A stretch of 64,000 nucleotides of DNA from the human T2T-CHM13v2.0 reference genome, Homo sapiens, in NCBI RefSeq assembly GCF_009914755.1, contig NC_060932.1. The stretch is one strand, 5' to 3'. The position numbers and the translations under genes were made by a program. Of this stretch, positions 1 through 11,984 are shown in pieces (position 1 is the stretch's first letter; each line of letters opens with the position of its first letter). The notes under the pieces were generated by a model that was given only the letters and a program-made list of their open reading frames with translations, did not search any database and was not told the origin of the DNA.

Positions 1-428
1 TCCACTCCAGGATTCCCATTACTGTTTCCTTCTCATCCCTTCACTTTGGTTCTGATCTGATTCATCCCAGAATGCATGAAGCCAGCACTGAGTCATTTTG
101 GCTGTTTGTGTCTGAGAGTTGTTTACCAAAGTGAGTGACCAAATGTTCCCCTTCTTCTGGCTCCTGGGGAGTGACTGTGGGCTCTCTTCCAAGATTGTGG
201 CTGGGGAAAGCCAGCTTAGTCCTCTGAGAGGGCACACAAGTTGATTCCTCTAAACTTTGTACAGTGTTTTGGTAGAGGATGAGATGTGTGGATGAAGTTC
301 TTTTATAGGGTGGTGTTGGTGTCTCTTTATAAAGGCTCATCTCTAGCTTATTTTCTGTATTTTCTAAATATTTTAACCTCTAGCAGGTAGGAAAGCTGTG
401 ACTATGGAATGTTACATTTCAAGCTTAT

Positions 429-870
429 TGTGATGGTCTGCTACATTAATGGCCCCTGTTGATCCATGCCTTCTTGTATTTATGTTCTTGGCTGGTCTCT
501 TCTCCTTCAAAGAGGCCTAGCTTGGTGACCCTTTTAAACCAATGGAATACAGTGAAGTGGTGCCATGCAAGTTCTGGGTTTAAGTCCTAAGAAAGCCGTA
601 AATCTCCTGCTTTTGCTTTCTTGGGACCTCTGAGCTACCATGTAGAAATTCAGATTACATTACTGGAGAAAGCATGTGGGGAAGAAACATGGAGAAGCCA
701 CATAAAAAAGAAGAGGCCTTGAGATGATACGGAGAGGGTGTGAGAGAGAATCCTAGCTATCCCAAAGTCTCCAGCTGAAGCCAGCCCCTAGCTAATTCAC
801 CAACTGAATGCAATCACAAGAATGCCTGCTAGCTAGATGAGCAAAAGAACCACTCAGCTGAGCCTAGACT
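429..870 (+). mobile_element. MLT1-family MaLR LTR (MLT1G/H-like), 3' truncated
   Basis: Starts TGTGATGG...ATGGCCCC; has MLT1-like blocks 'accaatggaatacagtgaagtg', 'ctagctaattcaccaactgaatgca', 'aaccactcagctgagcctag'. Confidence 0.6.
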
Positions 871-1399
871 GTTATGTGTAAACATTCAACATGCTACTAA
901 ATGCACAAGGGTGACAGAATGGAAACACTCACATACTACAACTTGTATCCATATGATCTAGAGCACATGCCCCTACAGACTGCTCCCTAGCTGAGCTCAT
1001 TTCTCCCCTACTACCCAGTGGGCAAGTTTAAGCATGTCCCAAAGTCCAGATGCAAGGCCAGAGGCCCAGAGAGAGACCAGGGTACCCACTTTTACTTAAG
1101 GTTCCCCTTATGAGTTCTAGTTTCCTAGTTGAGCAGTTTACCCTCTGACTTCAATATTTACCATACTAAAGACAAAAAAGACTCTCTATATTAATTCAAA
1201 TCTAAGGGATGGAGTGAGGTCACATTTTGTTTCACCATCACCAGTGGTTGCCCCTCTTCTTCAGAGCAGGTAGTCGTTCCTAAAGATGACAGTGCATGAG
1301 ATCTTCACAAAACCCTGGGCAAGTTCTTTGTTGGCACAGTCATTAGTGCTGTTTGCTAAGGATTCTCGTTCTTCCATTTCTGGGCATAATCAAGGCTTG

Positions 1400-1690
1400 C
1401 ACCCTCTTGTGGTCAGGTGGCCCACACACTGGAATGGAAGTGATGTGTGTTACTTCTGGGCTGGATCTTTTTAACGGAGATGTGAGACTATCCAAAGCTC
1501 TCTTGCTTTCTGCCAGAGTTGGCATTGGTGGCCACTTCATCAGTCAAGTTCCTGGGGTCAGGTGATATGGAGCAAAGCTTTCTTGCCAACTCTTAGTAGA
1601 TGATGCAACATGAGCAAGAGTAATGTTTTGAACCACTGATGCTTTGGTGTTTTGGTAATCGGAGCATAACCCAGCCTATCCTGATTGACC
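1400..1690 (+). mobile_element. Old MLT1 LTR fragment (MLT1J/K/L-like)
   Basis: 'ggaagtgatgtgtgttacttctgggctgga' and terminal 'gcataacccagcctatcctgattga' resemble the MLT1K-type 3' end. Confidence 0.6.
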
Positions 1691-1781
1691 CATTTGCTGA
1701 CATAAGAGAAAGCTCTTGCTATAGAAACCCTACTCTACCTTTATCTCTCATGTTTGTCTTCGTGATTAGAGCTTTCCTTAA

Positions 1782-2086
<305 letters not shown>

Positions 2087-2324
2087 TAATCTTGTCTTCT
2101 TATTGTTGACTCTCCTAATCTTATCTTCTTATTGTATATTAGGTCTAAAATACAATACAAAGGCCAAAACCTTTCAGCTAACATTTGGGGCTTTCCCACA
2201 TTTTGACCCAGCCTTTTTTCCTATATGTCTCTTATCATTCATGTTAAAAAACTCTAAACCCCAACCAAGCTGGGCTATTCACAGTTTGCCATACACGTCC
2301 TGTATTTATTTTCTTCTGTTCTTA

Positions 2325-2550
2325 GCAAAGTGATTCAGAGCAGGTGCTTACAAGTCAGATAAGTTAGGCCCAAACTGTGGCTTCAGCTCTCATTGTGTAA
2401 CCACCAGCAAGTCATTTAATCTTTCAGAGGCAGTTTCTTCTTCTGTAAACGGGAGATATAATATCTTCCTTGCAGTATTAGGATAAGAATTAATGAGAAA
2501 ATGTTTGAAGTATTTATCACAATATTTGACTCGTAGTAGGCTCTCAAAAC
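2325..2550 (+). mobile_element. MIR SINE
   Basis: Core 'gcaagtcatttaatctttcagaggcagtttcttcttctgtaaacggg'. Confidence 0.75.
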
Positions 2551-2799
2551 CTGAAAGTTTAACTATACTTTCATTCATTTCTTCTGGATGGAATCTCCTA
2601 GCAGTGACCCTAACTCAGTCCTTCAAGGACAGTTTGCAGGCTTTGTCATACAACCTGTGTGTTGTTATATCCAGCCCACAATTCTTTCTTCATTGGTAGC
2701 AACTTTATATCATCTTTTATCTTCTGAGATTCCAAAATAATTATTGGCACCACTTCTAGGTCACAAATTATGACCTGACATACTCTTTAATATTTTGAA

Positions 2800-2956
2800 T
2801 ATATGTCTTTTATCATGTATTAGACTTGAAATCTTCCTGAGGTTAGAATCTGTCAGTTTCTCAATTTTGTATGTCTCACCACATCCCATACTGGTCCTAT
2901 AAACCACACCATGTAAGAATTTAATAATGATTTTTTTTGATGAATAACGAATAAAA
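2800..2956 (+). mobile_element. L2 3' end fragment
   Basis: Degenerate L2 tail ending 'ttgatgaataacgaataaa'. Confidence 0.45.
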
Positions 2957-3077
2957 ATTTGCCACATCTGTCTTGGGTCACACCACAGCCATTTTTTCAT
3001 TTTACAAGTCTTTAGTTTCTACTGAATACTTTATTTACAACAGGAAGGGCAGGGAGAAAGAGGCAAACTTTGGAACA

Positions 3078-3232
3078 CCTACTGAGCTAGGTACATTACA
3101 AACATTGCCTAACTGAGTTTTCATTTTAGCCCTTTGAGGCAAGTATTTGTTAAGCCATGCATCCAGGGCCACACAGGTGGTAACTAGCAGAGCTGGTGTG
3201 TTGATGTCTAGAAGCCATGCTGTTTTCATTAT
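3078..3232 (-). mobile_element. MIR SINE fragment
   Basis: 'ccagggccacacaggtggtaactagcagagctgg' matches the antisense MIR core. Confidence 0.55.
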
Positions 3233-4309
3233 AGGATATTCATTTTTGAATTAGGCTTTGTAACAATTTTTACATTGTTATCAAGCCCTCAGGCCAACTT
3301 ATTTACTGTGCTGACTTTATTAAACGGGATGGAGACACTTAAATATGCAGTTCTTAAACACATTGCAATTTTTTTCTTTCAGACCTGGAGACAGCTTTCG
3401 AGATTGAGACAGGGATATTTGGGGTGACTGCTCATGGTGGGTCAATCCCTAATGAGGAGCAGCTGTCCTGAAATAACCTTGGGAGTTCATTGGAAAATCG
3501 GTTGGATTTACACAAACATCTCCCCAGGACCCCATAAGGCAACCTATAGGTTAAGCACAGTCTATAGAGGATCATTTCTTATGGCATCCATGGTCACAAA
3601 AAGAAAGTAACAAATAAACTCAGCTAAATTTGATGAGATGCAGGACAATGTTATCATATTCCCAAAGTAAGAAGAAAGGGCCTTTCCACCTGCATCACCT
3701 CCAAAATCAAATACATCTCTTGGTAGCTAATGGCTGCCATTAGAATTTGCTGAACAAATAGGATGAGAAAAGGCTTTGGGAAGTTGTGAGAAGGGGAGGG
3801 TTGGTGGGGGGAAGTGCTGTCTTATTACCCTTGGCCAGGAAATGCTGTTCATTGATTTGGTACCCAGCCACCTGCTAGGCTTGTCTCAGCCAAAATAAGG
3901 TCTAGCCAGGATGTTAATTGCAGAGGAATGCATTATTTTATTTGGGCCAAATCCAACCTGAACGTCCCAGATAAGGCCCTATGACTCTAAGGCTGTGATT
4001 TGATTCCAAATCATGCCCCCAAACTTAAAAATGATCTTTCTACTCCCATTTTGGCTTTTGCTCCTGCTTCATATGGTAGGTGGGCTCCTGTCAATCCAAG
4101 TTTGACTTCAATTCTTGTACAAACTGGCAAATTTTCCTAACCATCGAAATTTCGAAGCCATACATGAGAAAATTCCCAGGTAGAATTAATTCCTTATTTC
4201 TCTCTGTTTCTCATTAACTGATAGGTACTTTTTTGTAGCATTTTTAAAAAATTAAAATGATGGGTTAATTGCTTATGTAGTTATCTCCTTTACCTGATTT
4301 ATTGAGAGA

Positions 4310-4411
4310 CATATATAAACACACATGTACATGTATCTATTTATGTGTGTGATATATATGTATTCATCACACACATGTGTATATATATGTATCTGTTGTG
4401 TATATATATAT
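4310..4411. repeat. Degenerate (TA/CA/TG)n low-complexity tract
   Basis: Alternating purine-pyrimidine runs. Confidence 0.7.
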
Positions 4412-4476
4412 TAATAAATATTTGTTGAATTACACTGAAATGTTGGAAAAACTTGCTTATCTAATTTGTTCTACAC

Positions 4477-4828
4477 ATTATTTCATCACCCAGGCATTAA
4501 GCCTAGTACCCATTGGTTATTTTTTCTGATCCTCTCCCTCCTCCCACCCTCCATCCTCTGATAGGTCCCAGTGTGTGTTTTCCCCTCTATGTGTCCATGA
4601 GTTATCATCATTTAGCTCTTATAAGTGAGAACATGTGGTATTTGGTTTTCTGTCCCGGTGTTAGTTTGCTAAAGATAAGGACCTTCAGCTCCATTCATGT
4701 CCCTGCAAAGGACATGATCTTATTCCTTTTAATGGCTGCATTGTGTATACGTACCACATTTTTCTTTATCAAGTCTATCATTGATGGGCATTTAGGTTGA
4801 TTCCATGTCTTTGCTATTTTGAATAGTC
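4477..4828 (-). mobile_element. L1PA (old, L1PA13-16-like) 3' fragment
   Basis: 'ttatttcatcacccaggcattaagcctagtacc...gagaacatgtggtatttggttttctg' is the antisense L1 3' UTR. Confidence 0.85.
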
Positions 4829-4836
4829 TGCATGGA

Positions 4837-5293
4837 GATATGTTGATAATTCTAATACCTAAGGTGGTATTAGGAGATGGGGGCTTTGGGAGGTAATTAG
4901 GTCATAAGGACAGAGGCCTCATGATGAGGATTAGTGTCCTTATAAAAGAGATTCTAAGTGACCTTACCCCTTCCAGCATGCAGGAACATAGTGAGAAGGT
5001 ACCATTTATGAACAAGAAAGCAGGTCCTCACTAGACACCAAATCCGCTGGTACCTTTATCTTGGACTTCCCAGCCTCCAGAACAGAGAAATAAATTTCTA
5101 TTGTTCAAGGCTGGACTGTGGCTTACGCCCATAATCCCAGCACTTCGGGAGGCCAAGGCGGGAAGATTTTTTGGGACCAGTGTTAAAGACCAGCCCTGGT
5201 GATGTAGCAAGACTCCATCTCTACAAAGAAAAAATTATATGTTCATAAGCTACCTAAAGAATTTTGTTGTAACAATCCAAACGGACTAAGACA
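4837..5293 (+). mobile_element. MLT1A/MSTD-type MaLR LTR interrupted by an Alu monomer
   Basis: 'ggtattaggagatgggggctttgggaggtaattaggtcat'...'ttggacttcccagcctccagaac'; ends 'aacggactaagaca'. Confidence 0.85.
5109..5235 (+). mobile_element. Alu left monomer (FLAM/AluJ-like)
   Basis: GGCTGGACTGTGGCTTACGCCCATAATCCCAGCAC...CCATCTCTACAAAGAAAAAA. Confidence 0.85.
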
Positions 5294-5979
5294 AAGGGAG
5301 ATAAGTTAATCACAGATGGGCAAATCATTCCTTCCAAATTTTGAAATACTACCAGCTATAGGAATTTACACCCATATAAACATACACATTTTACTCATTC
5401 ATTCATTCATCATTCAGTAAATATGTTGACTGCCAATATGTTTATACATGCTAAATATTTGGGATAGGAGTGCTGGGCGCATGTGTGTGTGCACACGGGC
5501 TAAGATATGCAGGTATTTTTTCGTTATCTTCGAGTCACGAACTTACTGTTTATTTAAGGGAATCCCAAATCTTGCTTTGGGCTTATCTCTGATTCTTTCA
5601 TCCTGTGGTATTTTCCTCAGGAAGAAGAAAAGCGGAGGTAAGATGGTCTCAGAAAATCCACTTACATAGTTGAATGTTGCACTGAAGGTGCCGATTAGTT
5701 TGCAAAGTCAACTTCCCTTTTTAGTTAGAGCTGCTCGTACTCAGCCTCTGGAGGTGGTTGCCCTCTGTGCCTCCTAACCTGTCCCCAGCCATAGCTGACT
5801 GGACCAGGGAAAAACATGTGACCCAAGGCATACTATTATACAGGTGAAGGAAGAGACACAGAGTACATTTAATTTCCAATATCTGGAAGTCCTGTGGAGT
5901 TGGGCCTTCGGTATTGGGTTCTGTCCTGACCAAAGGAGAGAGCTAAGAGAGAATGGAGCTAATGTCACAGAGAAGCAGA

Positions 5980-6017
5980 CATTAGTGAGACCATTAGTGA
6001 GACCATTAGTGAGACCA
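5980..6017. repeat. 12-bp tandem repeat CATTAGTGAGAC x3
   Basis: Three perfect copies at 5980, 5992 and 6004. Confidence 0.95.
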
Positions 6018-6146
6018 AATGGTTTCTGAGAGATAGAAAGAGTAGCTAAAATCTCCAACTTCCCAGCTCCACCCCTGTGACATCTGTGTTAGTTAAAGTC
6101 TTGGGTTTTCTGTGAGGCTCCCAGTTAGATCTTCTCCCTGCCCCAG

Positions 6147-6192
6147 CAAACAAACGAAAACAAAACAAAACAAACAAACAAACAAACAAAAC
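6147..6192. repeat. (AAAC/AAAAC)n microsatellite
   Basis: Directly visible. Confidence 0.9.
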
Positions 6193-6510
6193 ACAGGTAC
6201 TTTAAAATAGCTTCAGTGCATTTCTTTTCCCTGACACGAAATGACCTTTGACTTGAATAAGCATTGACTCATCTCTTCTGCAATGAGGAAACCTGTGGGA
6301 CATTTCTTTGGTCCAAGAACTGTATATAGTTGGACTCATAATTAAGACTCTCTAGCCCAAGAACGATGGGGTTGGTTCCATGTTGTTATTGGTTCTAGGT
6401 GTCATCAGACTTCCACTTCTCTTTGGGTAAAAATGTCGACCACCCCACAACCTTCACTTCCTTGTGTCCATGAGCACTGCACAGTGATATTTAACCATGA
6501 CCCCAAAGAA

Positions 6511-6575
6511 TGGATATAATGTTGAGAAGGGTCAATCCCTTGAAGTTAGTTTGACCCTTCCCAACATTGTATCCA
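6511..6575. repeat. Inverted repeat / hairpin: 25-bp arms, 15-nt loop
   Basis: TGGATATAATGTTGAGAAGGGTCAA (6511-6535) pairs with TTGACCCTTCCCAACATTGTATCCA (6551-6575); 23/25 Watson-Crick. Confidence 0.9.
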
Positions 6576-6889
6576 CTTGAAACTCTGGTTTCAGTGGTGG
6601 GGCAGGACATGCCAGTTTCACTCCTTGGTTGCTGGAATGCTGCTGTGGAATGGATGCATCTCAAATTATGCCGAGGTCTATCGTATTGAGTGGTTCCTCA
6701 AAATCAGTGTAAGCAACTGGGTAAACTAATACAAATAATTAAAGTAGCTTTGAATCGAAGGTTAAATGAAAGTCCTAGAACAATCAGATGGTGTGACCCT
6801 TCCTTGGTAGGTGGGTTTGGGAATTTCTCTAGCCCTTTAAGTACCTGCTGATGCACAGACAAGTAGAAAGGTTGTAGGGGATGGCTATC

Positions 6890-6980
6890 TGCCTCGCTGC
6901 CCTCAATGTTCTTATCTCCAAAGTGGGGTAATGAGAATTAGATTAGTTGATCTATAAGGCTTCTTTCAGCTTTATTATTT
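6890..6980 (+). mobile_element. MIR3-like fragment
   Basis: 'gattagttgatctataaggcttctttcagct' resembles the MIR3 tail. Confidence 0.5.
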
Positions 6981-8556
6981 ACTACGAATGGAGGCAGAGC
7001 CATCATAGCAAAGTCAACAGTTAAAACATCCAAAAACAGGTATTTTTAAATGATATTTGAGCGAAGGGGCCAGTAAGTAATGATGAGTTGGTGGTTTTTA
7101 TGGGTTGAATGATGGGGAAATTCAGTTCATATTGTTAAAAATATCACTCTGTCATTTCGTGCATGGATTTTCCAGCAAAATAAAATTTCCACTATAGGTG
7201 CAGCCAGGGTGGGGACCTGTTAGAAGAAATTAAGATTAAAGATTGAGAGGGGAAGGATAATTTGGATTAAATGAAGCAATGAGTCTAAAGTTTTTAGCCT
7301 ACAGCCTTTCATTTGGAAGGTGCTTGGCACAAGCAAATTCTTTCCTTTCTTCTTCCCCTTCTCTCCTATTTTTAGTTTTCCAAGCCTCTGCTTCTTAAGA
7401 GCCATATAACCATACGCTGGATATTTTAACTTGTATCCTTAGGAAGTTAGTTAAACTTTCCTAGTTGAATTAGTTAAACTCTTTCCTAGTATCAAGAAAC
7501 GATAGTGGGAGAGGATAAAGAAATTCTTTGGGGGAATAATTTAATGGACTCTCAGAAGCAAGATTCATTATGGATAAATGCTTATTGACTGACCACAGAA
7601 ATGAAATGCACATACAGATATTTTGAGGATGAGATGAAACACAGTGGGTGAAAAGGAAGTGAATGCTAGTCCAAGCTGGGATGAAGTAATAATATTTCTC
7701 ATTTAATTAAGGGGGAGGATTCTAATAGTAGAATCAACTTCACTGTGTTATGTGCTTAAGAGGCCAGGAGATACTACAATAATACAATGATTCAGGACAA
7801 GATAATGAAAAGCATTTCATGAGAATGATAGCGTAGCATATCATTCAGAAAATACATGAAGGTAATTTTTGCTTTTCAGAGAATAATCTATTTTTTACTG
7901 GGGGAGGGGTATGCATAGCTTGAGACCCAGCTTTGGAGCTAACAGGATAAAATACAATGAGGATACTGGGGAATGATACTCACTGTTTCATCTCCCTGGC
8001 AGCAAATATCTTGATATCCTGCAGTCATTCATCTTTTGCAATAAAATTAAATTCTGTCTTTCTCCAGGAATTGAGAACTCCACTTGTCAAGACCTCATAA
8101 TCGTAGACTTGATTTTAATGTTTGCTCTTTGCTGGAATCCTAACGTAGTGATGAATGCATGGGAACTCACAAAAACACACATCGGACACAAGGCACATAG
8201 CTGTTCTCCAAATAAAGATTTACTTTCTTCAATGTGCCACCCTCTGAATTGTATTTAATGCTTAAAATTACCTTGGAAGGCAGGAATTCATCACTTTTGG
8301 ATGGGAAACTGGGGCTCAGAATTTAAGTGACTTTTTCAAATGACCCGATAAAGTAGAAATTTAAAATTTCTGCAGCCAAACTCAGTTTTCTTTTCTTCAA
8401 CACCTGCCTCTATTGATTAAAACTTCTTCAAGGGCTTTAAGGCTTATCCGTACTATGAAAAATCATTATATTAAGAAAACTTGGTTTGTCCTGCTTGCCG
8501 CTGCTGTCCTCATTTCCTGCTAACAGGCTAATAAATAGTTCTGCAATGGTCCATTT

Positions 8557-8760
8557 CAGTAATTTTCTAACTTTAGGTTGCAAAGGAATCACTGAACATA
8601 TTTTTTGAAATTCGTATTTCTTGGTTTCATTTCCAAAAATTCTGAGTCAGTAGGTTTGAGGAGGGCCAGGGAATCTGCATTTTAATTATATCCTATGCAA
8701 TTCAGTTTCTGGCTAGGTGATTCTGTTTCTGGTGATGGATCACACTTTGAAAACACAGTT
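8557..8760. mobile_element. MER5-type hAT-Charlie DNA transposon
   Basis: 'attctgagtcagtaggtttgaggagggccagggaatctgcatttt...ggtgattctg...cacactttgaaaa'. Confidence 0.7.
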
Positions 8761-9067
8761 AACATTTTTTTTCTACTTAATGATGCAATATTAAATGGAG
8801 ATCTAGATAATTTGGTGTTTGCTCATGTTTTGTCTCTGAATTCATAATGCTTTATCATCTCTTAATTCTCCCAACGTGTTCATCCCAGAATCAAGATTCT
8901 GCCCCTGAATTTTGCAACTTAAAAAAAAATAACTCAATATGATCAAAAGTTTTCTTAGACTCATTTTGCTCTGGGTAGTCCTATCAGATTTCTCATGTTG
9001 TGGTCACAGAGACCTATGAAATCTTTGATCAATTATAATTCTTCTAGCTTGAGCAGCTTTGAAGACC

Positions 9068-9262
9068 CTGGTGTAATAAGAAGTGTCCAAAATTTAGAGT
9101 TATAAGATATAATTTTCAATTACTGTTTCACCAAGCATGCACTGTGTGATTCTGGTAATTAACTTAACCTCTCTGAGCCTTTGGGTTCCTCATCTGTGTC
9201 ATGAGAGTAATGACATTTACTTTACAGAATTGTTATGGAAATTAAATTAGATAAGGTATGCT
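9068..9262 (+). mobile_element. MIR SINE
   Basis: 'acttaacctctctgagcct...cctcatctgt' core. Confidence 0.75.
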
Positions 9263-9855
9263 GATTTCATAAACTTGAAACACTGCAGGAATTCCTGTTA
9301 ATTTAATTGGTATTTGCTTCAGACTACAGTATTACCATTGACTTTTTTCAGAAGGATGGTGTTCCTGAAACAAAACTAGGTTTCAGAGACTGGTTTTATC
9401 CAATGCACTGATCAGTCTAGCCCCAGCCCCACCCCAAGTTTCTCTGTGCACAAGCCTCATGAGCAAATGGTTTTAGGACAGGTGACAGAAGAGACAGCAA
9501 GACTACAAAGACAAGCCAGACATCCATTTCCTAAGACTGCTGTGGGGGCTCTGCCTGATTCCTAGGTAGAGTCCTTGTGTTATCCAGATGAAGAGATTAT
9601 GTCCCCCAGAGTTGCAGAGGGGCACACTTTCATTTGTGCATCAAAGTTAGTGTGGCTGGATCAATACAGTGAAGACTGAGGAAGCTGTAGGTCACCTCAG
9701 GAGTCTTTGGGTTTGGGAACAACAGGAAGCTCTAGGGAGAAAAGCCACAGTGAGTTCTCATAGGGGGTACCAGCAGCAATGGCAGTTACCTTCTCCAAAA
9801 GTCTAGTCAGCAGAGAAATATCACAGCTGAGTCACCACTGGGGATCCAGAGCAAG

Positions 9856-11638
9856 TGTCACAGAATCCTCCATGTGTTGCTTTGCCAGCCAGAAACTTCC
9901 ATGGATGGCAGCACCTCTGCTTGAGTTTTGCTCACACTCACTAGGCTCATTCTGCCCAGCAGTTGTTCCAGTAGACTGTGCTTCACTTGTGCTACCAGCC
10001 TGGATCCCATGCCTGCCAAGGACAAGCCAGGTGCAGAGTGGTAAGGGGAGTGTGAGCAAAGTAGCATGGGGTCCAGCATGCTGGCTGCTGTGGTGGGCCA
10101 GGCACTGGTGCCAGCTCTGTACAAGGCTGTGGCTGGACCAGATATACTGCAAGTGGCTTCTGCTGCAGCCATCCCTATCTGGACAAAGGCAACGTGATGG
10201 TGCTTGAAACCTCAGAGACACCAGGAACCGCAGAGCCCCAAAGAGGTTGTTACAGCATGTCACAGCCCTGGCTCAGGGAGCCTGGAGGTCTGGGCTCCCT
10301 GAAGGGCCACAGCTCTTCTCTGCTCATCACCTGCAGTGTAACAAGTTGCGGGTGTGTGTGTCAGGGTGGCATGTTTCAGCCCATTTGTGTTACAGCTCTT
10401 TCAGTCCCACCACCTCACTCCAGCCTGCGGCTCTTGGGCTGGCTCAGCCCAGCCACTGTTTCCCGTTGTGTGGGGCAGCTACCCAGTGCATGTGGAGGGC
10501 AGGAGGGCTGCAGTGTTATAGCTTTGCCTTGGGGAATCCCAAGGTCTGGGCCCCCAGAAGGGTCTCCACTCTTTGCTCCACAGTCTGGGAGCATGTCACT
10601 GTCTGCAGCTTGGCAAGCCAGCCAGGAAAGCATTATAGCTCCTTTCACTCTTGCTGTTCAGTCAATCCTGAGTGCTTGTCCCGCATCCATGAAGAATGAG
10701 GTTACATGGAAAACTGGAGGGTGAGCAAGGTGAAGAGGAGCTTTATTGAGTGATAGAACAGCTCTCAGGAGACCTGAAGTAGGTAGCCCCTATCTGCAGG
10801 CGGGTTGTCCTGAAAGAGTAGAGGAGACCTGAAATGGGTAGCTCCTATCCACAGGCAGGTTGTTCTGAAGAGTGTTTGAGTCTGCTGAGTCTGGGGTTTT
10901 TATGATCTCAGAAGGGAGGAAGCGCGTGCTGATTGGTCCATGGGTGGCCATGGGTGGGCCTGGAAAAGGCACCATAAATTCTTTCTCCAGGTTGTGGACT
11001 CCACCCAGAACTGGCAGCCTGACTCCCAGGCTTCAGTTGGGAGTCCCTGGCTTGAAGGTGAGTTTTTACAGGGGACCCACCCCTTCCCACCTAGGAACCT
11101 ATCTGCTTCCTGCAACCATCAACATGCCATCCACAGCACCCAGGCTGTCCATGCTGAGGGGTGCCCACAGGCCTGTGCCAAGCTGCCTCAGCCCCCTGGC
11201 CTCCCTCGCATGCTTGTTGTTGCCCAAAGTCCAGAGAGGGCTGAGGTGGCAGGGGGCTGGTGTGTCAGCACCCCCAAGTGAATGCACATCTGGCTAGGCT
11301 GTGATAGCACCTGGGCTTGGCCACAACTTCGCTCTGCACTGGAGCAGGCACTGCCCAAGGGCAGGAGCAGCCAATTCTGAGCCAGTGGGGACAGGGGACT
11401 TCCTGGGCCCCCAAGAGTGCAGAGATGCCCAGATCTGGAGCCACAGTTGGGCAACTGCAGCTGTGCCCAGGAGCATGGGGCTCCTGCTGCATCAACTTGG
11501 TGGGGCATAGGGGCTCCTGCTGGGATCACCAATTTCTGGCTCCTGCAGGATCCATGAGCATGCAGCCCCAGGCACACCTCCCTTGCTGCAGCTGGTTTCC
11601 TCACAGCAGCTGTTCCAGATGGGTTGCCGCCACCATCA
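9856..11638 (-). mobile_element. MER52A-type ERV1 solo LTR, full length (1783 bp)
   Basis: TG...CA termini; minus strand begins TGATGGTGGCGGCAACCCATCTGGAACAGCTGCTG like MER52; perfect 4-bp TSD CAAG (9852-9855, 11639-11642). Confidence 0.88.
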
Positions 11639-11748
11639 CAAGGACTGGGGAGACTTGGGGAGTGACATAGTGTGCTTGGCTGCTGAAATTGTGCAGATGG
11701 AGATTCTTTAGGCTCATTTCTCACCTGAATTTTCTCCTCATTCTACAT

Positions 11749-11969
11749 CAGTCTTGTCCAACCTGTGGCCCATGGCCTCCATGTGGCCCAGGGTGGCTTT
11801 GAATGTGGTCCAACACAAATTTGTAAAATTTCTTAAAACTTTATGAGATTTTATTGAGTTGTTTTCTTTTTCTCATCTGCTATTGTTAGTGTCAGTGTAT
11901 TTTATGTGTGGCTCAAGACAATTCTTCTTCCAAAGTGGCCCAGGGAAACCAAAAGTTTGGACACCCCTG
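11749..11969 (-). mobile_element. MER30 hAT-Charlie MITE
   Basis: Termini 'cagtcttgtccaacc'/'ttggacacccctg'; degenerate 8-bp TSD TTCTACAT/TTCTATAC. Confidence 0.9.
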
Positions 11970-11984
11970 TTCTATACCTTCTTT

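Larger units (their letters stand above)
5700..6260 (+). mobile_element. Ancient ERVL-type LTR (LTR16/LTR33-like)
   Basis: 'ccccagccatagctgactggaccaggg...catgtgacccaagg' and a degenerate 3' terminus; strongly diverged. Confidence 0.4.

Noticed and set aside
3727-3743. Palindrome CTAATGGC-T-GCCATTAG
   Set aside because: 8-bp arms are expected by chance in 64 kb.
9779-11724. Cluster of long overlapping ORFs (up to 178 aa)
   Set aside because: They lie essentially within the GC-rich MER52A LTR, occur on both strands and show no domain similarity.
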